A stretch of DNA of 33,831 nt. It comes from Armatimonadota bacterium (GTDB taxonomy: Bacteria > Armatimonadota > UBA5829 > DTLH01). The DNA lies in assembly GCA_038207085.1 (NCBI GenBank), contig JBBRAE010000030.1:1-33831 (forward strand). Reading direction: 5' to 3'. A program made the position numbers and the translations under genes. This document shows, one piece after another, positions 18,147 through 28,829 of the stretch. The first letter of the stretch is position 1, and every line of letters begins with the position of its first letter. Below the pieces are notes generated by a model. It did not search any database. It had not been told where the DNA came from and saw only the letters and a list, made by a program, of their open reading frames with translations.

Positions 18147-18534
18147 TTGTCTCCTGCCTCCTCGAACTATCTGAAAAAGCTACACTACCAGGAGAACCAC
18201 GAAACGCCTCACAAAAGTGAGACATACTCACTATTGGTGTACCCCAGCTCAATTGAGCTTAAACTGTGACAGGCCGACATAGTTTTCCCGCAGAGAAAGA
18301 CAAGCTCATCGGTTTAGTTGGCGGCAATAGGGGTATAACGAGTAGTGACAATCAGTGTGGTAGCACGCTTCAACTGGAGCGCGGATTGTTGAGTGCGAAG
18401 CGTCGGTAGCCCGTATACCTGGCCTCGTTTTTCGCTCCATGCTCCGCGCTCCAGCCGTTTTCACAGGTCCGGTGGCGCATAGCGCTAGCCTTTAAGAGAC
18501 GGCGCGGATAGCGCCGTCGATCAGGAACCCGATT

Positions 18535-19917
18535 ATGAGAATCGAAAAAGATTCCCTTGGCGAGAGAACCGTCCCCGAAGATGTCTACTGGGGAGTACAA
18601 ACCGAACGTGCGATAGAGAACTTCCCCATAAGCGGTCTGACTTTCTCAACCGATATGGCACACGCCATAGGCGCTGTGAAACTCGCCGCTGCAGAGACCA
18701 ACGTGGAACTTGGAACGCTTGACCCTGATACCGGGAAGACAATCGCACAAGCGGCAAGAGAAGTATTTGAAGGCAACCTCGACGATCAGTTCAGGGAAGA
18801 CGTGTTTCAGGCCGGTGCTGGGACATCTTTCAATATGAACGCAAACGAAGTGATCGCCAACCGCGCGCTGGAGCTTATTGGAGAACTCAGGGGCAACTAC
18901 AAAAGAATCGGCCCGAACGATCACGTGAACATGTCGCAATCGACGAACGATGTGTTCCCTACCACGCTTCGTATTGCCGCCATTATGGCGCTTGAGCGAG
19001 AGCTTTATCCATCTGTACAGCGACTCGCTGGCGCGTTTTCAGACAAAGGCAAAGAGTTTGACCATATAGTCAAGGCAGGCCGCACCCATCTTCAGGACGC
19101 GGTGCCGGTGAGGCTCGGGCAAGAGCTTGAAGGCTACGCAGTCGCAATCAGACGCTCAGCTGAGGCTGTAAAGCTCGCTGCTCACGAGCTGATGCGGCTA
19201 AATATTGGGGCCACTGCCATTGGAACGGGGATAAACACCCCGAAGGGATATCGAGCTTCCGTAGTGAAGAAGCTTTCAGAGATAACTGGGCTTAAGCTTC
19301 GGCCCGCCGAGAATATGATCGAGATCACACAAAGCGCGGCGGACTTCTCACGGGTATCGTCTGCATTACGACTGCTGGCACTTGAGCTCGTAAGAATCGC
19401 GAACGACATCAGGCTGCTTGCGTCGGGGCCGATGACCGGTTTTGGTGAGATCACGCTTCCCGCTGTGCAGCCGGGGTCGTCGATTATGCCGGGCAAGGTG
19501 AACCCATCGGTCGCCGAAATGGTCGACATGGTAGGTTTCCAGGTAGTTGGAAGCGACACTACGATAGCTCTTGCGGTGCAGGCGGGGCAGCTTGAGCTTA
19601 ACGTGATGCTTCCCGTCGTCGCGCACAACCTTCTGCAGTCGATCCGTATACTCGGCAGCGCCTGCCGGATATTTGCTGAGAAGTGCATTGAGGGGGTCAT
19701 GGCCAATTCCGATGTCGCGCGGCGGTACGCCGAGACCAGCGGCGCGCTTGTGACGGTGTTAAGCCCCAGAATTGGGTATCTTACGGCAGCGGAAGTTGTG
19801 AAGGAGTCGATCGCGTCGGGTAGAAGTGTAAGAGAAATCGTGCTAGATCGACAACTGGTTCCCGAACAAGATATCGACACGCTGCTTGACCCGTTTGCAA
19901 TGACTGAGAGTGAATGA
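18535..19917 (+). CDS. Class II fumarase / aspartate ammonia-lyase
   Basis: [11 protein letters not shown] signature, [15 protein letters not shown]; context favours fumarase but it cannot be separated from AspA by eye. Confidence 0.93.
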   Translation: MRIEKDSLGERTVPEDVYWGVQTERAIENFPISGLTFSTDMAHAIGAVKLAAAETNVELGTLDPDTGKTIAQAAREVFEGNLDDQFREDVFQAGAGTSFNMNANEVIANRALELIGELRGNYKRIGPNDHVNMSQSTNDVFPTTLRIAAIMALERELYPSVQRLAGAFSDKGKEFDHIVKAGRTHLQDAVPVRLGQELEGYAVAIRRSAEAVKLAAHELMRLNIGATAIGTGINTPKGYRASVVKKLSEITGLKLRPAENMIEITQSAADFSRVSSALRLLALELVRIANDIRLLASGPMTGFGEITLPAVQPGSSIMPGKVNPSVAEMVDMVGFQVVGSDTTIALAVQAGQLELNVMLPVVAHNLLQSIRILGSACRIFAEKCIEGVMANSDVARRYAETSGALVTVLSPRIGYLTAAEVVKESIASGRSVREIVLDRQLVPEQDIDTLLDPFAMTESE

Positions 19918-20419
19918 TACACAACCCACGGAGGGACACTTGTTAGAGAGAACCGGACACCCAGGGATCGTGCTTGCGAGGCTCGATGATATGGTCAGAT
20001 GGGCGGAGGAGTCTTCGCTTTGGCCGCTGATGATGGGGCTCGCCTGCTGCGCCATCGAGATGATGGCAACCGCCGCGTCACGCTTCGACATCTCCCGCTT
20101 CGGCATGGAGGTCTTTCGGGCCTCACCAAGACAGGCGGATCTGATGATCGTTGCGGGCCGGGCATCGATCAAGATGGTCCCGATAATCCGGCGGCTCTAC
20201 GACCAGATGTCCGACCCCAAGTGGGTGGTATCGATGGGCGCGTGTGCTTCAACGTCGGGGGTTTTCAGCAACTACGCGATTATCAACGGGATAGACAAGA
20301 TCATCCCTGTCGATATCTACGTGCCGGGGTGTCCGCCGAACCCCGAACTGCTGCTTGACGGGCTCATCAAACTTCAGCAAAAGATCAGGCAGGGGGTCCC
20401 TCCCGGACAGAGGCCATGA
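19910..20419 (+). CDS. nuoB: NADH-quinone oxidoreductase subunit B
   Basis: GLACCAIEM (tandem Cys of cluster N2), SPRQAD, VPGCPP. Confidence 0.96.
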   Translation: MNDTQPTEGHLLERTGHPGIVLARLDDMVRWAEESSLWPLMMGLACCAIEMMATAASRFDISRFGMEVFRASPRQADLMIVAGRASIKMVPIIRRLYDQMSDPKWVVSMGACASTSGVFSNYAIINGIDKIIPVDIYVPGCPPNPELLLDGLIKLQQKIRQGVPPGQRP

Positions 20420-22191
20420 ACAACGATCTCATCACCAGAGATAACATTTCCCAGGTCACGGACGAACTCGCAGGGCAGATTGCCTCACCGGAGAATCGCG
20501 AGGTAACGCTTTACGCCGCGCCGGACGCGATCTTGCCGCTTTGCCAGGAACTGCGTGACAGGCGCGAGCTTGGCTACAATCTGTTGTCGGATATCACCGC
20601 CGTCGACCACTACGGCAGCGAGCCGAGGTTCGAGCTTGTCTACAGAATGTACGCGATACCCGATAACCGCAGGCTCTGGATCAAGTCCCGAATTGAGATC
20701 GACCAAAACGTCGAGAGCGTTACTCCGATTTGGAAGAATGCCGACTGGCTGGAGCGCGAAGTATTTGATCTTATGGGAGTGAAGTTCGACAACCACCCCA
20801 ACCTTCGTAGACTCCTGATGCCGACGCCGTGGATCGGTCATCCACTCAGAAAAGACCATCCAATCGGCGGCGAAGAGGTTCAGTTCACATTCAACAAAGA
20901 CGATATTATCAGCCAGGGTGACTTTTACAGCGAGCACCTCGAAGGTATGGACCTGCGAGGCTACGTCGAGAACGGCGACGTGATCGAAACCGAAGCCGGG
21001 GCTCGAAGGATGGCACTCTACGCCGGTGACGGCAAGCTTGTGATGAACATGGGCCCGCAGCACCCGAGCACGCACGGGGTACTGCGCGTCATTCTCGCGA
21101 TGGAAGGCGAGACGATCATCGACGCCGACATCGATATAGGCTACGTCCATACCGGCATCGAAAAACAGGCTGAACAGCTGATATATCAGCAGACGCTTAC
21201 GCTCACCGACCGGATGGACTACGTCGTTCCGCTGATGTGCAACCTCGCCTACGTGCTCCCGATCGAGAAGATGCTCGGAGTCGAGATCCCGCCAAAGGCC
21301 AAGTATGTCCGAGTGCTCCTGAACGAGCTCACACGAATATCCAGCCACCTGATCTGGCTCGGCACTCACGGCTTGGAGCTTGGGGCGATGTCGATGCTCC
21401 TATATGGCTTCACCGACAGAGAGAAGATCCTAGACATATTCGAGCTCTGTTCAGGCCAGCGCATGATGACGAGCTACATCAACATCGGCGGCATCCGCGA
21501 CGACATCCCCGAGGGGTTCAGGGCGCTTGTAAAAGACTTTATCGAATACTTCCCTGGGCGGCTCAAGGACTATCACGCGCTTCTGACGAACAACCCGATC
21601 TGGCTCGAACGCACGAAGGGTATAGGATATCTGAGCCTGAAAGATGCGCTCGACTACGGCGTGACGGGGCCGCTACTTCGCGCCGCTGGGATGGAATGGG
21701 ACGTCCGAAAGGCGTGGCCTTACGCGGGCTATGAAGAGTTTGATTTCGATATCCCAACGGGCGAGAACAGTGACGTATATGACCGTTACCTCGTGCGGAT
21801 GGAGGAAATGAGCCAAAGCCTGAGAATCGTCGAGCAGGCGCTGGCCAAGATCACCGACGGGCCGTACCGCATTGAAGACTACAAGATAGTCCTGCCCCCG
21901 AGGCAGAGACTCGATGTGAGTATGGAGTCGCTGATTCATCACTTCCTACTGTCTACCCACGGGTTTAAGGTGCCTGTTGGTGACGCCTACGTGAGCGTCG
22001 AAGGGCCAAGGGGAGAAACCGGCTTCTATATCGCAAGCGACGGCACAGAGAAGCCTTACAGGATGCACATGAGACCGGCGTCGTTCTCGGCGCTTCAGGC
22101 GTTTCCGTTAATGTCGCGCGGACACCTTATCGCCGACATTGTAGCGGTGCTTGGGAGCATCGACATGGTTATGGGGGAAGTCGACAGATAA
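20416..22191 (+). CDS. nuoCD: Fused NADH-quinone oxidoreductase subunit C/D
   Basis: [11 protein letters not shown]…HPNLRR…GHPLRKD (C part); [12 protein letters not shown]…GEVDR (D part); no NiFe CxxC motifs. Confidence 0.95.
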   Translation: MNNDLITRDNISQVTDELAGQIASPENREVTLYAAPDAILPLCQELRDRRELGYNLLSDITAVDHYGSEPRFELVYRMYAIPDNRRLWIKSRIEIDQNVESVTPIWKNADWLEREVFDLMGVKFDNHPNLRRLLMPTPWIGHPLRKDHPIGGEEVQFTFNKDDIISQGDFYSEHLEGMDLRGYVENGDVIETEAGARRMALYAGDGKLVMNMGPQHPSTHGVLRVILAMEGETIIDADIDIGYVHTGIEKQAEQLIYQQTLTLTDRMDYVVPLMCNLAYVLPIEKMLGVEIPPKAKYVRVLLNELTRISSHLIWLGTHGLELGAMSMLLYGFTDREKILDIFELCSGQRMMTSYINIGGIRDDIPEGFRALVKDFIEYFPGRLKDYHALLTNNPIWLERTKGIGYLSLKDALDYGVTGPLLRAAGMEWDVRKAWPYAGYEEFDFDIPTGENSDVYDRYLVRMEEMSQSLRIVEQALAKITDGPYRIEDYKIVLPPRQRLDVSMESLIHHFLLSTHGFKVPVGDAYVSVEGPRGETGFYIASDGTEKPYRMHMRPASFSALQAFPLMSRGHLIADIVAVLGSIDMVMGEVDR

Positions 22192-22196
22192 CAGAT

Positions 22197-24338
22197 ATGG
22201 CAGAAGAGATCACTCTGACAATCGACGGGCGGCAGGTCACTGTGCCGAAGGGGACGCTTGTTATCGAGGCGGCAAAGAAGCTTGGGATCACGATCCCGGT
22301 GTTCTGCTACCACGACAAGCTCGCCCCGGTCGGCGCGTGCAGGCAGTGCCTGGTGAATATCGAAGGGTTCCCGAAGCCTCAGGTGTCGTGCTCGACTCAG
22401 GTCGCCGAGGGGATGGTCGTCCACGTCGACACCCCTGAGGTGAGAGAGATGTGGCGGAGCGTGATCGAGTTCCTGCTGATCAACCACCCGCTCGACTGCC
22501 CCGTCTGCGACCGAGGAGGCGAGTGCCCGCTTCAGGACAACACCTTCAACTACGGGCCGGTCGACAGCCGCTTCGAGCACGAAAAGCGACACTACGAGAA
22601 ACCAGTGCCTCTCTCGTCGCTTATCGTCCTGGACCGCGAGCGCTGCATCCAGTGCTTCAGGTGCGTTCGGTTCCAGAATGAGGTCCCGGACGAGCCGGAG
22701 ATTCAGATGATGAACCGCGGCTACGGCGACTACATTGACATCTTCCCCGGCAGGCCGTTTGAGTCGAACTTCTCCGGCAACACGATCGAGCTCTGTCCGG
22801 TCGGAGCGCTTCTTTCGAGCGTATTTCGCTTCAGGGCCAGGCCCTGGGAGATCAAGAAGACCGAAAGCATTTGCCCTAACTGTGCTGTCGGCTGTAACAT
22901 GACAATAGACGCGCGAAACTCCCGCAAAGTCGTGCGATATCTCAGCCGCGAGAACAGAGATGTCGACTACGGGTGGCTCTGCGACCGTGGACGCTTCGAT
23001 TCGTCCGTTATTAACGACCCTGAGAGGCTCACGACGCCACTTGTTCGAAAGAACGGTGAGCTTGTCGAGGCGAGCTGGGAAGAGGCTATCAAGACAGCGC
23101 TAGACGGCTTCGGAACGTCCGGTGGAAAGGCTTCTGCGGGGCTTGGGTCAGCACAAAGAACTAACGAGCAGAATTATCTATTCCAGCGTTTCATGCGCCT
23201 TGTGGTCGGGACGAACAACCTCGATTACTGCATCGAGCCAAGGGCCGAAGGCGGGGCCGACGCGCTGGCTTCGGGGCTCACGTCGGGGCTTTTGGGCGGC
23301 TCGATCAGGGACATAACCGATTCAGACGTGATAATCGCCCTGGGTTCGGACCTGACAAATGAGCTTCCGGTGCTTGACCTTTGGGTCCAGAGGGCGATCA
23401 GGCAGCATGGGGCGCGATTTGTGCTCGCCTATCCGTTGAAAGCGCCGCTTGCGAGGCATGCATCGAGCTTTTTGCGTTACAGCCACGGAAGCGAGTCGGA
23501 GTTTGCGCTTGGGCTTGCGTCGGCAGTGAAGGACGGTCGCTTCGTCGACGCAGGTGGTATCAGCTCAACTGACTTCGAGACAGCTTCAAAGACAATTTCT
23601 GATGCAAAGAGAGTCTCAATACTTGTCTCTCAGACGATGATCGAAAGCGCAGAGCGCGGGTCAGAGACACTTGGGGCGATCGGGCTGATCGTTGACTCGA
23701 TCAAGTCGCGCGGCGGCGATGCTCGGGTTGTGCTCCTTACGGAAGGCGCAAACGCTCAAGGAGCGATGGACGTTGGCTTGCTCCCCGGCTACTATCCGGG
23801 GTATCACGGTATCGATCAGACGTCTGCTGAGATGCTGAAAGATGTCTGGGGGAGGGCTCCGTCGCACACACCGGGGCTTTCGGGCTCGGAGATCATCAAG
23901 GCGGCAGGTCTAGGTGAGATCAAGTCGCTTTGGGTGATGGGTCAGGACCCGGCGGCGCACCTGCTCTTGGGCGACGAGGTAAAGTCGGCGCTTGGGAGGC
24001 TCGACACGCTCGTCGTGCAGGACAGTTTTCTGACGGAAACGGCAAAGATGGCGAGTGTAGTGCTGCCGAGTTGCACGTTTGCGGAGACCAAAGGAACGCT
24101 CACCAACACGGAGCGGCGGGTGCAGCGTATCTCCCCCGCTATTGAGCGCGTTGGCGACTGCAAGGCTGACACCGACATTCTGATGATGGCGGCGTTTCTC
24201 TCGGGCACACAGGCGAACTTCGAGTTCGGCCGTATCGAGAAGATATTTGAAGAGATCACCAGGGTCGTCCCGGCTTACTCGGGGATGACCTTCGACCTCG
24301 TCGGGCCGAAGGGACGGCAGTGGGAGGTGCGGGTATGA
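22197..24338 (+). CDS. nuoG: NADH-quinone oxidoreductase subunit G
   Basis: FCYH…GACRQC, NHPLDCPVCDRGGEC, RCIQCFRCVRF, SICPNCAVGC…LCDRGRF, molybdopterin-family C-terminal fold. Confidence 0.95.
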   Translation: MAEEITLTIDGRQVTVPKGTLVIEAAKKLGITIPVFCYHDKLAPVGACRQCLVNIEGFPKPQVSCSTQVAEGMVVHVDTPEVREMWRSVIEFLLINHPLDCPVCDRGGECPLQDNTFNYGPVDSRFEHEKRHYEKPVPLSSLIVLDRERCIQCFRCVRFQNEVPDEPEIQMMNRGYGDYIDIFPGRPFESNFSGNTIELCPVGALLSSVFRFRARPWEIKKTESICPNCAVGCNMTIDARNSRKVVRYLSRENRDVDYGWLCDRGRFDSSVINDPERLTTPLVRKNGELVEASWEEAIKTALDGFGTSGGKASAGLGSAQRTNEQNYLFQRFMRLVVGTNNLDYCIEPRAEGGADALASGLTSGLLGGSIRDITDSDVIIALGSDLTNELPVLDLWVQRAIRQHGARFVLAYPLKAPLARHASSFLRYSHGSESEFALGLASAVKDGRFVDAGGISSTDFETASKTISDAKRVSILVSQTMIESAERGSETLGAIGLIVDSIKSRGGDARVVLLTEGANAQGAMDVGLLPGYYPGYHGIDQTSAEMLKDVWGRAPSHTPGLSGSEIIKAAGLGEIKSLWVMGQDPAAHLLLGDEVKSALGRLDTLVVQDSFLTETAKMASVVLPSCTFAETKGTLTNTERRVQRISPAIERVGDCKADTDILMMAAFLSGTQANFEFGRIEKIFEEITRVVPAYSGMTFDLVGPKGRQWEVRV

Positions 24339-24784
24339 TCGGCGAACTCGTGCGAGGGCTGCTCGTCACTATGAAGCACGTGCTCACGAAGAAGCGCGTG
24401 ACGGTGGAGTATCCCGAGACCCGGCGCAAGCTTCCTCCGCGCGCTAGATGGCGGCACGTGCTGCTGCGCCACGAGGACGGGCTTGAGCGCTGTATCGGTT
24501 GCTCGCTCTGTGCCGGAGCCTGCCCCGCGCACTGCATTCTCGTGGTCGCCGCTGAGAACCGGGAGGGCGCACGATATTCGCCAGGTGAACGCTACGCCCA
24601 GGTCTATGAGATCAACGAGCTCAGGTGCATCTTCTGCGGCTATTGTCAGGACGCCTGCCCTGTCGAGGCGATCGTCCTTCGTGATATAATCGATTTCTCG
24701 ACCTACAGCCGCGAACCGGCGATCTATACAAAGAATGAGCTGCTCGTCCCGTATCCTGGGGAGACTACTAGCGGCGAGCAATGA
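24335..24784 (+). CDS. nuoI: NADH-quinone oxidoreductase subunit I
   Basis: CIGCSLCAGACP and CIFCGYCQDACP; GGAGG then ATG overlapping the nuoG TGA. Confidence 0.95.
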   Translation: MIGELVRGLLVTMKHVLTKKRVTVEYPETRRKLPPRARWRHVLLRHEDGLERCIGCSLCAGACPAHCILVVAAENREGARYSPGERYAQVYEINELRCIFCGYCQDACPVEAIVLRDIIDFSTYSREPAIYTKNELLVPYPGETTSGEQ

Positions 24785-24817
24785 GTTATTGATAGGCAAA
24801 ACACATCAGGAGTTAAC

Positions 24818-25684
24818 TTGGAAAGACACGATAGTGGCCCCAGTCGGCCAGCTTGGATAAAGGCTAAAGCGCCATCGGGTGAGAATTACATACACGTTCG
24901 GGCGCTTATGGATAAGCTCGAGCTTCACACCGTCTGCCAGAGCGCGCACTGCCCGAATATGGGCGAGTGCTGGCACGCAGGTACAGCTACGTTTATGATT
25001 CTCGGCAATACCTGCACTCGCAGCTGCCGATTCTGCGCCATCGACGGCGGATGTCCGGAGCCGGTTGACCCCGAAGAGCCTGAAAGGGTCGCCCGAGCTG
25101 TGCAGACACTCGGGCTGCGACACGCGGTGGTCACATCGGTCACTAGAGACGATCTCGGGGACGGTGGAGCATCGAGCTTTGCCGCGACTATCAGGTCGAT
25201 CAGAAGCCACGTGCCTGCATGCTCGGTTGAGGTGCTGATCCCTGACTTGCAGGGCTCGGACGAGGCGCTTTCGATGGTCGTTCTCGCTCGCCCGGATATT
25301 CTTAACCACAACGTCGAGACGGTGCCCAGAATGTATCCACTGATCCGACCTGAGGCGATTTACGATCGCTCCATAAGGCTCATTGAGCGCGTTAAGCAGA
25401 TGGACTCGTCAATGCTCACCAAGTCCGGGGTGATGGTCGGCGTTGGAGAGTCCATGAACGAAGTTGAGCAGGTTATGCGGGACCTTCGGACAGTCCAGTG
25501 TGACATTTTGACGATCGGACAGTATCTCAGGCCATCGCCCGAGCACGCGCCGATAGATCGCTACTATACGCCCGAGGAGTTTCAGGAACTGAAAGACAAG
25601 GGGCTCGAACTTGGGTTCAAGCACGTCGAGTCCGCGCCGCTCGTTCGTAGTTCGTATCACGCGGCTGACCAGCTTGCGCTCTGA
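24818..25684 (+). CDS. lipA: Lipoyl synthase
   Basis: CQSAHCPNMGEC, CTRSCRFC, RSSY. Confidence 0.97.
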   Translation: MERHDSGPSRPAWIKAKAPSGENYIHVRALMDKLELHTVCQSAHCPNMGECWHAGTATFMILGNTCTRSCRFCAIDGGCPEPVDPEEPERVARAVQTLGLRHAVVTSVTRDDLGDGGASSFAATIRSIRSHVPACSVEVLIPDLQGSDEALSMVVLARPDILNHNVETVPRMYPLIRPEAIYDRSIRLIERVKQMDSSMLTKSGVMVGVGESMNEVEQVMRDLRTVQCDILTIGQYLRPSPEHAPIDRYYTPEEFQELKDKGLELGFKHVESAPLVRSSYHAADQLAL

Positions 25685-25702
25685 GAGGGTTTGGGTAAAG
25701 TA

Positions 25703-26704
25703 ATGAGTCACGAGATCACACTGATTCCCGGAGACGGCATCGGCCCGGAAGTGACCGAGGCTGCGATAGAGATCATCAAAGAGGCCGGGGTGCAGGTCGA
25801 TTGGGTCAGAGGAGAGCTTGGCGCAAGTGCTCTTGAGCAGTTTGGTACCCAGATACCGGACGAAGTGCTGGGTATGGTTCGGCGAACCAAAGTGGCTCTG
25901 AAAGGCCCTGTGACTACCCCGATCGGCAAGGGTTTTCAGAGCGCGAACGTGCTTCTTCGCAGGGCGCTTCAGCTCTACGCAAGCCTTCGGCCGGTGAAGA
26001 ACGTGCCGGGTATAGGAAGCTGCTACACGGGGATCGATCTTATTGTGATTCGTGAGAATACTGAAGGGCTATACTCGGGTATAGAGCACGAGGTTGTTCC
26101 CGGAGTTGTCGAGAGCCTGAAGATCATCACGCGCACCGCGTCGACCCGTATTTCGAAGTTTGCCTTTGATTATGCGCGAAAGAACGGCAGGAAGAAGATC
26201 ACAGCCGTCCACAAAGCGAATATCATGAAGATGAGCGACGGGCTCTTTCTTCAGTGCGCGCGTGAGGTCGCTGAAGCGAACACCGACATAGCTTACGATG
26301 AGTTGATCGTCGACAGCACTTGCATGCAGCTTGTGATGAACCCGTATAAGTTTGATATGCTTTTGATGGAAAACTTATACGGAGATATACTTTCCGAGCT
26401 CTGTTCTGGGCTTGTCGGCGGGGTCGCAGTCGTTCCCGGCGCAAACATCGGGGACGATATGGCCGTCTTTGAAGCGGTCCACGGAAGCGCCCCTGACCTC
26501 GCGGGACAAAACGCCGCCAACCCGACCGGGCTGGTTCTATCATCTGTGATGATGCTTCGCCATATCGGCGAGCAAGAGGCGGGAGACCGGATCGAGCATG
26601 CGCTATTCTCCGTGATGAGCAAAGGCGAGGTTCGAACGCGTGACCTCGGAGGCACAGCCACAACAACCGAAATGACTCAGGCGATTATTCGCGAACTAAC
26701 ATAG
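25703..26704 (+). CDS. Isocitrate dehydrogenase, NAD-type (isocitrate/isopropylmalate DH family)
   Basis: PGDGIGPE, SANVLLRR (S-x-N isocitrate motif), RENTEG, HKANIMK, HGSAPD. Confidence 0.88.
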   Translation: MSHEITLIPGDGIGPEVTEAAIEIIKEAGVQVDWVRGELGASALEQFGTQIPDEVLGMVRRTKVALKGPVTTPIGKGFQSANVLLRRALQLYASLRPVKNVPGIGSCYTGIDLIVIRENTEGLYSGIEHEVVPGVVESLKIITRTASTRISKFAFDYARKNGRKKITAVHKANIMKMSDGLFLQCAREVAEANTDIAYDELIVDSTCMQLVMNPYKFDMLLMENLYGDILSELCSGLVGGVAVVPGANIGDDMAVFEAVHGSAPDLAGQNAANPTGLVLSSVMMLRHIGEQEAGDRIEHALFSVMSKGEVRTRDLGGTATTTEMTQAIIRELT

Positions 26705-26713
26705 AGGGTAACG

Positions 26714-27667
26714 ATGAATAAGGCTGAACTGATAGGGATGTACCGCCAGATGGTCCTGATACGCAAGTTCGAGGACCAGGCAGGAGAAAGCTACAAGCTT
26801 GGAAAAATAGGAGGCTTCTTGCACCTCTACGTCGGGCAGGAGGCCGTCGGCGTCGGCTTTATATCTGCGCTTCGCCCCGATGACTATGTGATCGGGGCCT
26901 ACCGGGAGCATGGGCAGGCTATCGCTCGCGGGGTCTCTCCACGGAGGGTTATGGCTGAGCTTTACGGCAAGAAGACCGGCGTGTCGAGCGGCAAAGGCGG
27001 CTCGATGCATATGTTCGACGTTGAGCGCCACTTCATGGGCGGCCACGGCATAGTCGGCGGCGGGATGCCGCTTGCCGCTGGGATGGGGTTTGCGATCAAC
27101 TACAGAGACGGCGACCAGGTCGTCGTCTGCTTCTTCGGAGACGGCGCAGTAAACGAAGGCGCGTTCCACGAGTCGCTCAACATCGCGTCTCTCTGGGGAC
27201 TTCCCGTGATATACGTCTGCGAAAACAACCTCTACGGTATGGGGACGGCGATTAACCGTGCCTCTGCAGTCCCAGAGGTGTTCAGGCGTGCTCAGTGCTA
27301 CGATATAGACGTAGAGAGCGTCGACGGTATGGACCTTCTCGCTGTTAGAGAAACTGCGGACCGGGCCATTCGAATCGCGCGGAAAGAGCACAGGCCAAGG
27401 TTCGTCGAGGCGACCACATATAGGTTCCGAGGCCACTCTATGGCCGACCCCGGTCAGTATCGCACCAAGGAAGAGATCGCCGACTACGAAAAGCGCGACC
27501 CCATAGTCAAGATGCGCGCGTATCTGATCGAGAATGGCTTCTTTACAGACGCAGACGTAGAAGCAATAGACAAAGAAGTCGACGCCGAAGTCGCGGACGC
27601 TGTGAAGTTCGCAGACGAGTCGCCGGAGCCGTCGCGCGAGGATCTGTTTGCCGATGTTTACGCATAA
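26714..27667 (+). CDS. pdhA: Pyruvate dehydrogenase E1 alpha
   Basis: GFLHLYVGQEA, GKGGSMH, GDGA…ENN TPP motif, YRFRGHSMADP. Confidence 0.96.
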   Translation: MNKAELIGMYRQMVLIRKFEDQAGESYKLGKIGGFLHLYVGQEAVGVGFISALRPDDYVIGAYREHGQAIARGVSPRRVMAELYGKKTGVSSGKGGSMHMFDVERHFMGGHGIVGGGMPLAAGMGFAINYRDGDQVVVCFFGDGAVNEGAFHESLNIASLWGLPVIYVCENNLYGMGTAINRASAVPEVFRRAQCYDIDVESVDGMDLLAVRETADRAIRIARKEHRPRFVEATTYRFRGHSMADPGQYRTKEEIADYEKRDPIVKMRAYLIENGFFTDADVEAIDKEVDAEVADAVKFADESPEPSREDLFADVYA

Positions 27668-27691
27668 AGAGACGTTCAGAGGAGTAGAAAC

Positions 27692-28723
27692 ATGCCAATT
27701 ATGATGTATAGACAGGCCCTGAACCTCGCAATGCGCGAGGAAATGCGCCGCGACCCGAACGTCTATGTGATCGGCGAAGAGGTTGCAGAGTATCAGGGAG
27801 CGTACCGGGTGACCGAGGGACTGCTTCAGGAATTCGGAGAAAAACGAGTCGTCGACACCCCAATCTCAGAAGAAGTGATCGCCGGCATCGGAGTCGGCTC
27901 CGCGATGGTCGGACTGCGTCCCGTCGTTGAGATGATGACCATCAACTTCGCGATCCTTGCGCTCGACCAAATCGTAAACCACGGAGCCAAGCTCAGGTAT
28001 ATGTCCGGCGGCCAGCTTTCGATCCCGATGGTCATTCGCGCTCCACAGGGAGCAGGCATGCAGCTTGGCGCGCAGCACTCGCAAAACCTTGAAAGCTGGT
28101 TTATGCACGTTCCGGGGCTGAAAGTCGTCGCTGCGTCTAACCCGTATGACGCGAAGGGGCTTCTCAAATCGGCGATTCGGGACAATAATCCTGTTATCTT
28201 CCTTGAACACGAGATGCTCTATACGACCAAGGGCGAGGTTCCTGAAGACGACTACACCGTGCCACTCGGCGTCGCTGACGTGAAGCGCGAAGGGCGCGAC
28301 GTTACCATCATCACCTACCTTAGGATGGTTGGGCCTGTGATGGCCGCCGCCGAGGCGCTTGCGGCAGAAGGAATCGAGGTTGAGGTGATCGACCTTAGGA
28401 GCCTCCGGCCACTTGATATAGAGACCATCACAGACTCGGTCAAGAAGACCCACAGGGCGGTAGTTGTCGAGGAAGACTGGCCCACGTGCGGCGCAGGGGC
28501 TGAGATTATGGCCAGGCTTCAGGAAACGGCGTTTGACTACTTCGATGCCCCGATCTATCGGGTGTCCTCCGAGGACGTGCCGATGCCCTACTCCAAGAAC
28601 CTGGAGCGCTCGGCGATTCCTGATGAGGCGAAGATCATCAACGCCGTAAAGTGCACCATTGGGCGAGAGTGCAAACTTCCCATTCGGCGATCGACCGAAG
28701 ACATTATGAAGCTCACCGATTAG
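27692..28723 (+). CDS. pdhB: Pyruvate dehydrogenase E1 beta
   Basis: GEEVAEYQGAY, DTPISE, AQHSQ, DLRSLRPLD. Confidence 0.96.
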   Translation: MPIMMYRQALNLAMREEMRRDPNVYVIGEEVAEYQGAYRVTEGLLQEFGEKRVVDTPISEEVIAGIGVGSAMVGLRPVVEMMTINFAILALDQIVNHGAKLRYMSGGQLSIPMVIRAPQGAGMQLGAQHSQNLESWFMHVPGLKVVAASNPYDAKGLLKSAIRDNNPVIFLEHEMLYTTKGEVPEDDYTVPLGVADVKREGRDVTIITYLRMVGPVMAAAEALAAEGIEVEVIDLRSLRPLDIETITDSVKKTHRAVVVEEDWPTCGAGAEIMARLQETAFDYFDAPIYRVSSEDVPMPYSKNLERSAIPDEAKIINAVKCTIGRECKLPIRRSTEDIMKLTD

Positions 28724-28829
28724 CGATTGTCAGATCCGGGGCGACACTCAGTCGCCCCTCCCAACTCAGACAACTTGTTTCCCCAGTCCGTGCAACGGGT
28801 ACCCTGTGATCGATACAGGAGGTGTCCTA

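Noticed and set aside
19910..24784. Group 4 NiFe hydrogenase or formate dehydrogenase
   Set aside because: The large subunit has no CxxC Ni ligands and ends GEVDR, the small subunit has the tandem CC of NuoB, and NuoG shows no evident Mo-ligand motif
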